From a virus (taxonomy: Duplodnaviria; Caudoviricetes), in the IMG/VR virus record IMGVR_UViG_2821123053_000004, positions 4,819-68,818 of that record: a stretch of DNA of 64,000 bases, one strand, 5' to 3'. The notes beneath the pieces are model-generated. The model was not told the origin of the DNA and did not search any database. It was given only the letters and a program-made list of their open reading frames with translations. Below are positions 26,358-34,448 of the stretch, piece after piece. The position numbers and the translations under genes are program-made. Each line of letters begins with the position of its first letter. Positions within the stretch are counted from its first letter, which is position 1.

Positions 26358-27584
26358 ATGGGCCTCTTCGATAGATGGCGCGGTACACCCATTAAGCTCA
26401 CCGATGGCGAGTTTTGGCGTGGTTTTTTCGGCCTCGGCACCACTTCCGGAGAAAAGGTTACGATCGAGAGCGCGCTTTCGCTCGACGCCGTTTGGGCTTG
26501 CGTCAACCTCGTCCAGAACGCGGCCGGCACCTTGCCGTGCATCGTATACGGCGGTGATGGCGTGACCATCGACAAGAATTCGCCGCTCTACGAAATCCTG
26601 CATGACATGCCAAACATCGACGACACCGCGCCAGAATTCTGGTCGATGGCGGCGCTGTGCCTGATGATGGACGGCAACTTCTTCGCCGAGAAGAAGATGA
26701 ACGGCGATCGCCTAGTTGCGCTCAACCCGCTTCATCCACTCAGCGTCGAGGTCTGCCGGGACAGCCGCAATACCCGTTATTACGAGGTGACTGAGGACGG
26801 TAAGAAGCGTCGCATCCCTGAAGGCAAGATGTTCCACGTCCGTGGAGCGCGACTACCTGGCTGTGATCGAGGGATGTCACCGATCGGTGTAGTCCGCAAC
26901 ACGGTCGGCAACGCCCTTTCAGGCGAGAAGGTCGCCGGGCGGATGTTTAAGAACGGACTCCTTTCCTCTCTTATCGTCAGTTCGGACCAGATCCTGAAGC
27001 CCGAACAGCGCAAGCAGATTTCGGACACGCTGACCCAATTCGCCGGCGCAGAAAAAGCCGGTGGGGTGACGGTATTGGAGGCGGGCTTCAAGCCCTATCC
27101 GATGTCGATCAACCCGAAAGATGCGCAGTTCCTCGAGGCCCGCCAGTACAGCGTCGAGCAGATCTGCCGCATCTTCGGTGTGCCGCCAGTGATGATTGGT
27201 CATGCCGCCAACGGCACGACGACCTGGGGCAGCGGCATCGAGCAGCTGATCCTCCAGTTTACCAAGACCTGCATGCGTCCGATGCTGAAACGCATCGAAG
27301 CCGCGATTTACCGCGACCTTCTGGACGCGACCACGCGCAAAACGGTCAAGGTAAAGTTCAATATGGAAGAACTGCTGCGCGGCGACAGCCAGGCGCGGGC
27401 CGAGTTCCTTTCCAAGATGGTGCAGGCCGGCATCTACCACGTGGACGAAGCTCGCGGGTATGAGGACAAGGCTCCAACGCCCGGCGGCAACCGCTCGATC
27501 GTCAACGGCACGATGACGCCGCTCGACAAGCTAGGCGAAGAGCCTGTGCCGCAGCCTACAACGCCTGCAGCGCGCGCTGCGTAA
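26358..27584 (+). CDS. HK97-family portal protein
   Basis: AVWACVNL, GNFFAEK, DAQFLEARQYSVEQICRIFGVPP. Confidence 0.95.
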   Translation: MGLFDRWRGTPIKLTDGEFWRGFFGLGTTSGEKVTIESALSLDAVWACVNLVQNAAGTLPCIVYGGDGVTIDKNSPLYEILHDMPNIDDTAPEFWSMAALCLMMDGNFFAEKKMNGDRLVALNPLHPLSVEVCRDSRNTRYYEVTEDGKKRRIPEGKMFHVRGARLPGCDRGMSPIGVVRNTVGNALSGEKVAGRMFKNGLLSSLIVSSDQILKPEQRKQISDTLTQFAGAEKAGGVTVLEAGFKPYPMSINPKDAQFLEARQYSVEQICRIFGVPPVMIGHAANGTTTWGSGIEQLILQFTKTCMRPMLKRIEAAIYRDLLDATTRKTVKVKFNMEELLRGDSQARAEFLSKMVQAGIYHVDEARGYEDKAPTPGGNRSIVNGTMTPLDKLGEEPVPQPTTPAARAA

Positions 27585-27593
27585 GGACAAATC

Positions 27594-28712
27594 ATGAAGT
27601 TCGAACACCTCATCTCGGCCTTTTTGGCCGAGCCTTGGGCGATTCAGCGCGAAAAACTCGGTGTTTTGGCCGATATTCTCGTCGCTCGTGCCGAAGGCGA
27701 TAAATTCGTATCTACCGAGCTCGCGGCTTCCATTGATGAGGCGCGAGCCAAGGAAATCGCTGAAACCAACGGCAAAGTCGCGATTATCCCGGTTTATGGC
27801 GTCTTGGCGCAGAAAATGGACCTGTTTTCAGCGCTGAGCGGCGGCACTTCGTACGCCGGCATCAAGAAGGCGCTTCATTCCGCTCTCGCGAATGACGACG
27901 TTAAGGCCGTTGTGCTTGATGTCGATAGCCCCGGTGGCACGGTGCCGGGCACCGATGAGCTCGCAACCGAGATCCGGAAGCTTCGCGGAGGCGAAAAGCC
28001 GATCATCGCGCAGGTCAATAGTCTCGCGGCCAGCGCTGCTTACTGGGTCGCGTCATCGGCTGACGAAATCGTCGTCACGCCTTCCGGTCGCGCCGGTTCG
28101 ATCGGGGTCTACACCGCTCATGACGACGTTTCTGCTGCCCTTGAGCAGCGAGGCATCAAGCGAACCTATATTTCCGCCGGCAAGCACAAGGTCGAAGGCA
28201 ATGAGACCGAGCCGCTGAGCAAGGAAACCCTTGCGCATGTGCAGGACGGCGTCAACCGCTCCTATAATCGGTTCGTCGCAGCCGTCGCAGAGGGCCGCGG
28301 CACGACTGTCGGCAAGGTCGAAGACGGATACGGACAGGGCAGGGTGTTTTACGCCGAGGCGCTGTTAGATCGCGGCATGGTCGACAGGATCGCCACGCTC
28401 GATGAGACGCTGGAACGGTTTGGGGCCGATACACAGCCGCCGTCTATCCGTCGGATCAAATCCGCGAACGCCGCCCGCGCTGAAAACGCGAGCATGCTTG
28501 CTGCCAAGATGGCTGCCGGTGAACCAATCACGAAACGCGAGTTCGAGAACGGCATCAGGGGACTGATGGGTTTGACGGGCTCTGAGGCAGAGCGGGCCGC
28601 TCGGCTCTACCTCAAGGAGGGTCAGGGGGCTCCTGACATCGATGCGGATGCTGCTGCTTTGGCAGCCCTAGACCGGCTTCTAGCCGAAGCAAAAACTCCA
28701 CTTATTCGATAA
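27594..28712 (+). CDS. S49 (SppA/ClpP-like) prohead protease
   Basis: LDVDSPGG, AASAAYW, GSIGV, GKHK. Confidence 0.92.
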   Translation: MKFEHLISAFLAEPWAIQREKLGVLADILVARAEGDKFVSTELAASIDEARAKEIAETNGKVAIIPVYGVLAQKMDLFSALSGGTSYAGIKKALHSALANDDVKAVVLDVDSPGGTVPGTDELATEIRKLRGGEKPIIAQVNSLAASAAYWVASSADEIVVTPSGRAGSIGVYTAHDDVSAALEQRGIKRTYISAGKHKVEGNETEPLSKETLAHVQDGVNRSYNRFVAAVAEGRGTTVGKVEDGYGQGRVFYAEALLDRGMVDRIATLDETLERFGADTQPPSIRRIKSANAARAENASMLAAKMAAGEPITKREFENGIRGLMGLTGSEAERAARLYLKEGQGAPDIDADAAALAALDRLLAEAKTPLIR

Positions 28713-28723
28713 AGGAGCCTTTC

Positions 28724-29932
28724 ATGGCTGATAATCAACTTGCCGACAAGATCGGCGAGCTCGGCACTTCGCTTGCCTCCATCAAAGAGCAGGTCGGAAA
28801 TCTCGCTACCGACTTCACTTCCAAGCTAGCCGCCAACGGCGAAGTCTCGGCCGAACTCAAGGAAAAGACCGACAAGGCACTTTCCGAGCTTGGCGACGTC
28901 ACCAATCGCCTCGGTGATCTGGAGAAGCGCGCCGCTCGTGAGAAGGAGCAGGGCGAGGACGAACAGAAGTCGCTCGGCCAGCTGGTCATCGATTCCGAAG
29001 CCTACAAGGCAGGCAATCTGACCGGCTCCAGCCGCGCCTCAATTAAGGTCTCCGCCGACCGCGCCGCCATTACCACGGCCAACACGACCGTCGGCACTGG
29101 CCGTTCGCCTGGCACCTCGCTTGTTCCAGGCGCTCGCGTCCCCGGCATCTTCGGCCTTCCTGAGCGCCAGATGACGATCCGCGACCTGATCCTGCCGGGC
29201 CAGACCGCGTCGAACAACGTCGAGTACGTCAAGGAAACCGGCTACACGAACAACGCCGCTCCGGTCGCTGAAACGACTGCCAAGCCGTATTCGGATCTGA
29301 CGTTCGATATGGCTTCTGCGCCTGTTCGTACGATCGCGCACCTGTTCAAGGCATCGCGCCAGATCTTGGATGACGCTCCGGCTCTCCGCAGCTACATCGA
29401 TGGCCGCGCTCGCTATGGTCTGCGCTTCGTCGAAGAAAACCAGCTGCTGAACGGCTCTGGCACAGGCCAGAACATTGCTGGCCTTGTGCCGCAGGCGACC
29501 GCATTCGCTCCCGCGTTTACGCCGACTGCTTCCACTGGCATCGACCGACTGCGCCTCGCTGTTCTCCAGGTTGTTCTCGCCGAGTATCCGGCTACGGCAT
29601 TCGTTCTGAACCCGATCGACTGGGCGAAGATCGAGCTGACTAAGGATGCAGGCAATAACTACATCATCGGCAATCCGCAGGGCTCGCTCACGCCGACCCT
29701 TTGGAACCTGCCCGTCGTGTCGACGCAGGCCATGGCTTCCGGCCAGTTCCTGACGGGTGCCTTCTCCTACGCCGCTCAGATCTTCGACCGCATGGACATC
29801 GAAGTCCTTCTGTCGAGCGAGAACGTCGATGACTTCGAGAAGAACATGTTCACGATCCGCGCCGAAGAGCGCCTGGCTCTGGCCGTGTATCGTCCCGAAG
29901 CCTTCGTCACCGGTGCAGTCGCTGCTGCCTAA
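28724..29932 (+). CDS. HK97-fold major capsid protein
   Basis: N-terminal coiled-coil delta domain; TIAHLFKASRQILDD; RAEERLALAV. Confidence 0.95.
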   Translation: MADNQLADKIGELGTSLASIKEQVGNLATDFTSKLAANGEVSAELKEKTDKALSELGDVTNRLGDLEKRAAREKEQGEDEQKSLGQLVIDSEAYKAGNLTGSSRASIKVSADRAAITTANTTVGTGRSPGTSLVPGARVPGIFGLPERQMTIRDLILPGQTASNNVEYVKETGYTNNAAPVAETTAKPYSDLTFDMASAPVRTIAHLFKASRQILDDAPALRSYIDGRARYGLRFVEENQLLNGSGTGQNIAGLVPQATAFAPAFTPTASTGIDRLRLAVLQVVLAEYPATAFVLNPIDWAKIELTKDAGNNYIIGNPQGSLTPTLWNLPVVSTQAMASGQFLTGAFSYAAQIFDRMDIEVLLSSENVDDFEKNMFTIRAEERLALAVYRPEAFVTGAVAAA

Positions 29933-29978
29933 TTGATCTGGGGCGTCTCAGGGCGCCCCTCATTCGCTGGGAGGCGAA

Positions 29979-30239
29979 ATGACCGACTACATCGAAGTGA
30001 AGCCGCTCAAGACGTTCGACAATGGCTCGGGTCTTAAGACTGCCGAAAGCGAACCTTTTAAGGTCGAGCGCGGCGAGGCCAATGCCCTCAAGGCTCTCAG
30101 TCTAGTGTCTTTTGACGAAGATGCCAAGGTGGTGGAAGCGCCGGAACCGGACCCCACCCCCGAACCGATCTCGACTGAGCGCGTCAGCAGGACCGCAAAG
30201 AAGAAAGACAAAGCCAATGGCGAATCCGACGACGAATAA
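29979..30239 (+). CDS. Hypothetical head-associated protein
   Basis: SD GGAGG; position after capsid gene. Confidence 0.7.
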   Translation: MTDYIEVKPLKTFDNGSGLKTAESEPFKVERGEANALKALSLVSFDEDAKVVEAPEPDPTPEPISTERVSRTAKKKDKANGESDDE

Positions 30240-30555
30240 GCGGCGATTTGCCAGCTACATCGGCGCAGTCGTGAACCCGGTGGCGCTGGCTAACACCGTA
30301 GCGCCTGCCATTACGGGGACGGCGAAAGTAGGCTCGACGCTGACTGTGAGCGCAGGCACGTTCACCGGGACGCCTGCTCCTTCGGTCGATCGTCAGTGGG
30401 TAGTCGGTGGCGTAGAAGTGCCCGGCGCATTCGGCCTGACCTTCGTCCCTCGAACTCAGGACATCGGCAAAACCATCGTCGTGAAGACGAGGGCTGCTAG
30501 CCTGACCGGAAGTCTTGTCGTTACGAGCGCAGCTACCGCGGCAGTGGTGGCGTAA
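30217..30555 (+). CDS. Ig-like putative decoration protein
   Basis: APAITGTAKVGSTLT..QW..DIGKTI. Confidence 0.7.
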   Translation: MANPTTNKRRFASYIGAVVNPVALANTVAPAITGTAKVGSTLTVSAGTFTGTPAPSVDRQWVVGGVEVPGAFGLTFVPRTQDIGKTIVVKTRAASLTGSLVVTSAATAAVVA

Positions 30556-30908
30556 TGGCACTCATCGATCTCGACACCCTGAAAGCGCACCTGCGCGTGC
30601 TGCATTCCGATGAAGATGCCGAGATCGAGCTTTACGGCGCAGCCGCTGAAGGTATCGTCGTCGAGTATCTCGACCGCGTCGTCGTCGCAGCTGACACAAC
30701 GCTGCCCGCCGAAGGCGAGGAGGGTTACGACCCGACCGCCATTAAGGTCACGAAGCCGATTATCGCCGCCATCCTTCTCGTTGCTGGCGACCTATACGAG
30801 GTTCGTGAGGCGGATCCGAAGCTGACAGGCGACGCCGTTTTGCCTCGTGCAGTGCGCGCGCTTCTTGCGCCCTACCGCGTTTGGCGGTCGCTTCCGGAGA
30901 TCTGCTGA
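30555..30908 (+). CDS. Head-tail connector (gp6-like)
   Basis: LDTLKAHLRV..AAILLVAGDLYEVRE..LLAPYR. Confidence 0.9.
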   Translation: MALIDLDTLKAHLRVLHSDEDAEIELYGAAAEGIVVEYLDRVVVAADTTLPAEGEEGYDPTAIKVTKPIIAAILLVAGDLYEVREADPKLTGDAVLPRAVRALLAPYRVWRSLPEIC

Positions 30909-31087
30909 TGTGGGTCCGCTTCACGCGCCGCCACGTTTGGCACGCCAGCACGGCGGTTTCTGCTGCATACCGGCCTGACGGCGGTCCATTCAAGGATGGC
31001 CGCTATTCCGTCACGCGCGAATGCGCAACCGATGCTGTCGCCAAGGGCGCGGCAGTCAAAGTTCCAGCTCCTAAGAGGCAGAGATGA
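30908..31087 (+). CDS. Small hypothetical protein
   Basis: Overlap-coupled 59 aa ORF. Confidence 0.6.
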   Translation: MWVRFTRRHVWHASTAVSAAYRPDGGPFKDGRYSVTRECATDAVAKGAAVKVPAPKRQR

Positions 31088-31404
31088 TCAAGTTTGCGCA
31101 GTCAGCGTACCAGTTCGTGCTCGACGCAAAGATCGGTGCCGATCTCGGCTATAGCTGGCCTGATGCGATCCGATTTGCTTGGTCCATCTGTGGCTGGCGG
31201 GCGGATAGGGTCGATTTCACTGATCCTGGCCGTAAGGACTCAACGCATCGCTCTCACGACGATCGTCGAGAGACTTCGCAAGCGCAGCGGTCTCTTCTCT
31301 CGCAAGACGAGACAACAAAGCGCGTGCGCCAGCTAGAAGGTCGCGTTCGGCGCCTCGAATTGTCGGATCCTCGGAAGAAGAGGGGACGGCAAGTTCGACG
31401 GTGA
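31084..31404 (+). CDS. Hypothetical protein; 3' part overlaps an antisense ORF
   Basis: ATGA coupling; C-terminal half may be non-native. Confidence 0.4.
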   Translation: MIKFAQSAYQFVLDAKIGADLGYSWPDAIRFAWSICGWRADRVDFTDPGRKDSTHRSHDDRRETSQAQRSLLSQDETTKRVRQLEGRVRRLELSDPRKKRGRQVRR

Positions 31405-31546
31405 CGTTTGGTCCGTGCTCACCGCCATCTTGCGAGGTGATGTCGATACGCACCGAACCCGAAACGCTAGTTGACCCATCTTCTTCTCGTTGAAGCTGGA
31501 TGCTGTGCACGCCGACAAATGAAACCTTGCGTTCATCGTAGTTCAT
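31217..31546 (-). CDS. Antisense moron, hypothetical (109 aa)
   Basis: SD GGGAG before ATG 31546. Confidence 0.55.
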   Translation of the reverse strand: MNYDERKVSFVGVHSIQLQREEDGSTSVSGSVRIDITSQDGGEHGPNVTVELAVPSSSEDPTIRGAERDLLAGARALLSRLAREETAALAKSLDDRRESDALSPYGQDQ

Positions 31547-31634
31547 AAAATTCTCCCATTGATTGTCATCCCACACAATCACTCGGGCTTTGCCTCGTCG
31601 AGATGCTGCAACCTTCATCCACGGTGAAATTTCC

Positions 31635-31991
31635 ATGACAACGAGAACTGGTGCCGGCAAACGCCGTCAGCTTCTGCTGATGCAGCGACGCGCGATGGTA
31701 GATGACGGTTACGGCAATGAGCAGGCAGGCGATTTCGCTACCGTTTTCGAGAGCCCTGCCGAACTCATCCCGATGAAGGGCAGTGAGCCCGTCATCGCGG
31801 CACGCCTTACCGGCACTCAGCCATACATCGTTCGCATCCCGAGTTGCACCGCCGCTCGCGAGGTCACGACGGCCTGGCGTCTCGTCGACAAGCGCGATCC
31901 TCGCCGGATCTTCAACGTCACGTCGGTTGCCGACATGGATCAGAAGAACCGGACCATAGACATCGTGGCAACGTTGGGAGAGGCGGCATGA
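31635..31991 (+). CDS. Head closure / head-tail adaptor protein
   Basis: GAGKRRQLLLMQ..DDGYGN..VTTAWRL..IFNV. Confidence 0.85.
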   Translation: MTTRTGAGKRRQLLLMQRRAMVDDGYGNEQAGDFATVFESPAELIPMKGSEPVIAARLTGTQPYIVRIPSCTAAREVTTAWRLVDKRDPRRIFNVTSVADMDQKNRTIDIVATLGEAA

Positions 31992-32146
31992 GTACGCTTA
32001 TTCTGACTGTCGGCACGCGCTGGTGGTTCGGGACTGCCGTTCGCGTCGCTTTCTTGGTCGGCATATTCCTTCCGGAGCGATGGCGCGGCCGATGGGTCGA
32101 TCTCTTCGTCGACCACGTCATCTCGCGCGCCATTTGGGTGCGCTGA
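31988..32146 (+). CDS. Small hydrophobic protein
   Basis: ATGA coupling on both sides. Confidence 0.55.
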   Translation: MSTLILTVGTRWWFGTAVRVAFLVGIFLPERWRGRWVDLFVDHVISRAIWVR

Positions 32147-32634
32147 TGATGTCCGCCCAGCTACGCGGCCGCGAGACCCTGATGCGCCGGCTCAATCAGC
32201 TTGCTCCGAATGTCGAGAAGTACACCGCCGAGGCGAAACTCAAGGCGACCGATATGCTGGCCGACGAGATCCGAACTCGCGCTCCGACCGGAGCCACGCT
32301 CGAATACATGGAAAGCATCGAGGGCGATCTGCTGTCGAGCCGACCGGCTCAGGAGCGCGTGAACATCACGGCGACCAAAGATCCTGGCGCCACCGGCATT
32401 TTTGCTCGCTTCTACTGGCGGTTCTTGGAGTTTGGCACTGCCCCACACAGCACTGTTAAAGGCGGCGGCACTGTCCTTGGCAAGAAGCAAGCTGCAGCCA
32501 GCGGCACTGGAATACATCCCGGCTCACCGGCACAACCACATATCTTTCCGACATACCGGGCAGCAAAGCCTAGGATCCGGCGAATGATCCTCGCCGCTGT
32601 CAATAAAGCGGTGCGCGAAGCCCGCAAGGGGTAG
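32146..32634 (+). CDS. HK97 gp10-like tail component
   Basis: FYWRFLEFGT..PAQPHIFP. Confidence 0.85.
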   Translation: MMSAQLRGRETLMRRLNQLAPNVEKYTAEAKLKATDMLADEIRTRAPTGATLEYMESIEGDLLSSRPAQERVNITATKDPGATGIFARFYWRFLEFGTAPHSTVKGGGTVLGKKQAAASGTGIHPGSPAQPHIFPTYRAAKPRIRRMILAAVNKAVREARKG

Positions 32635-32636
32635 CG

Positions 32637-33044
32637 ATGTCCGCCGAACTTGAACTGCAGGGCGCGATCAACACGCGCCTTCGAGCGGACACGCCGCTCA
32701 CCGCGCTCATCAACAAGCGCGTCTATGACCAGCCGCCGACGCCAGTCACGTTTCCATATGTGACTATCGGCGAGGCGCAGAGCATTCAGGACGACGCCAC
32801 ATGCGTCACCGGTGAAAAGGTCTATCTGACCTTGCACGCATGGTCTCAGGCCGTCGGCTATCCGGAAGTCAAACGCATTGCGGCGGCGGTGAAGGAAAGC
32901 CTTCATCTCGCGCCATTGACCCTGCCGAGCTATCGGCTGGTGTCCATCCTTCATCGTCAGGCCCGCGTGTTTCGTGATGCCGACGGTCTGACGAGCCACG
33001 CAGTCATCGAACTCGTGGCCTCGGTTCACAAGCCGCTGTCGTAG
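32637..33044 (+). CDS. Tail completion protein (DUF3168-like)
   Basis: RVYDQPP..FPYVTIGE..DADGLTSHAVI. Confidence 0.85.
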   Translation: MSAELELQGAINTRLRADTPLTALINKRVYDQPPTPVTFPYVTIGEAQSIQDDATCVTGEKVYLTLHAWSQAVGYPEVKRIAAAVKESLHLAPLTLPSYRLVSILHRQARVFRDADGLTSHAVIELVASVHKPLS

Positions 33045-33074
33045 CGGATTCCCACTAATATTAGGAGTTGCCAC

Positions 33075-33506
33075 ATGGCAGACGGCGAACAGCTGGGCAG
33101 ACTGCTGCTCATCAAGGTTGGCGATGGCGCTGACCCGGAAGTATTTTCCAATCTCTGCGGCCTTAAGGATCGCAGTTTCGACCTTTCGGCCAATTCGGTC
33201 GACACGACCAAGCCGAGCTGCACCAATCCGGGTGGACCGGTTCAGAAGACCGGCCGTCCAGGCATCGTCAACCGGACCTTCCAGGGCAACGGAACATTCG
33301 TATCCAGCGCCATTATGAAGGCGTTTATGGTTCACGTCATCAACGCGACGGTCTTCAATGCGCAGGTCATCGTTCCCGGCCTCGGCACCTTTGAAGGTTC
33401 GTTCTTCGTGACGAACTTCCAGGCCAGCGGCGATATGGAAAACGATCTGCAGTTCTCTGCGACGTTCGAAGCCGCCCAGCCGCTCGAATACACGGCGGAG
33501 GCTTAA
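33075..33506 (+). CDS. Major tail tube protein
   Basis: GRLLLIKVGDG..VPGLGTFEGSFFVT. Confidence 0.88.
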   Translation: MADGEQLGRLLLIKVGDGADPEVFSNLCGLKDRSFDLSANSVDTTKPSCTNPGGPVQKTGRPGIVNRTFQGNGTFVSSAIMKAFMVHVINATVFNAQVIVPGLGTFEGSFFVTNFQASGDMENDLQFSATFEAAQPLEYTAEA

Positions 33507-33509
33507 AAC

Positions 33510-33869
33510 ATGGCTGTAGAGGAGAAGCCTTTCCCGCTCGAAGTCAACGAGGCGCGTGGCGAAGTCGCCCTATGGGTCGGCGACGTGCCGCTCGTTCTGG
33601 CTGCCGAGATGTCCCGCCTTTCGGCCGTATCGAGCCGACTGCAGTGCAAGTCGCTCAACGATCTGTTTCTTCGTCTGTCGGACGTCGAGGCAGCTGCCAC
33701 GATCGCCGGCATTGAGCTTTTGACAGTGAAGGGCAAGCCGCTCGAAGCTATCCAGAAGATCAAGCTGAAACACTTCGGCGCTTGCCGTGTCGCGTTCATG
33801 GCGGTGCTTGCTCATCATTTCGATGAGGAAGACGAGGGAAACGTCGAAGCCGCCAATCAGGCGGCGTAG
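33510..33869 (+). CDS. Tail assembly chaperone (G-like)
   Basis: Position between tube and TMP; VNEARGEV motif. Confidence 0.8.
   Translation: MAVEEKPFPLEVNEARGEVALWVGDVPLVLAAEMSRLSAVSSRLQCKSLNDLFLRLSDVEAAATIAGIELLTVKGKPLEAIQKIKLKHFGACRVAFMAVLAHHFDEEDEGNVEAANQAA
33836..33842 (+). other. -1 frameshift slippery site G GGA AAC
   Basis: XXXYYYZ heptamer in frame; -1 frame is open into 33902..34093. Confidence 0.85.
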
Positions 33870-33901
33870 GCGACGACGCGCCTTTCCCATGGCGCCAATG
33901 G

Positions 33902-34093
33902 ATGCGCATTGGAATCGGCGGCCTCAAATGGAGGCCTGCCGACTTCTGGTCTTCAACGATGACTGAATTCTTTGAGGCTATCAATGGCCACAACGAAGCG
34001 CAGGGCGGCGAGGAAGAAGGGAAGCCATCGGCTTCACCAAGCGCGGCACCAACCAACCGTGAAATGGCTGCGCTGCTGGCGAAGTATGGTTAG
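33902..34093 (+). CDS. Tail chaperone C-terminal (T) segment, reached by frameshift
   Basis: LKWRPADFWSSTMTEF motif. Confidence 0.8.
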   Translation: MRIGIGGLKWRPADFWSSTMTEFFEAINGHNEAQGGEEEGKPSASPSAAPTNREMAALLAKYG

Positions 34094-34416
34094 CAGCCGG
34101 TATTGCCGATGTAGACCTTACGACGATCGATAATGTAGCGGAACGGAACGAAACCAACATAGCCTCCATAGGCATTCTTGGCATTTACCGTTCCGCAGAT
34201 CGACCCATCGTCACCATCACGCTGTCGCAGTGACTTGAACTGCGCAGCGAGAGGATCGGCGAATTTCGCCGAGACATCCTCAATCATGGCCGCAACGGCG
34301 GCTTCATCGAGTTTCTCTGCTGACTTGTCGACGACTGCTTGAGCGTTTGCGCTCGCGGCCGACAGCATCAGCAACACCAAAGCGTATTTCACGACGCGCT
34401 CCATACTGCCCGCCAT
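34090..34416 (-). CDS. Exported protein, antisense moron
   Basis: Signal peptide; DPLAAQFKSL..ICGTVNAKNAYGGYVG. Confidence 0.75.
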   Translation of the reverse strand: MAGSMERVVKYALVLLMLSAASANAQAVVDKSAEKLDEAAVAAMIEDVSAKFADPLAAQFKSLRQRDGDDGSICGTVNAKNAYGGYVGFVPFRYIIDRRKVYIGNTGC

Positions 34417-34448
34417 CGCGCGGGCTTCCTCATTTATAGGATGCTCGC

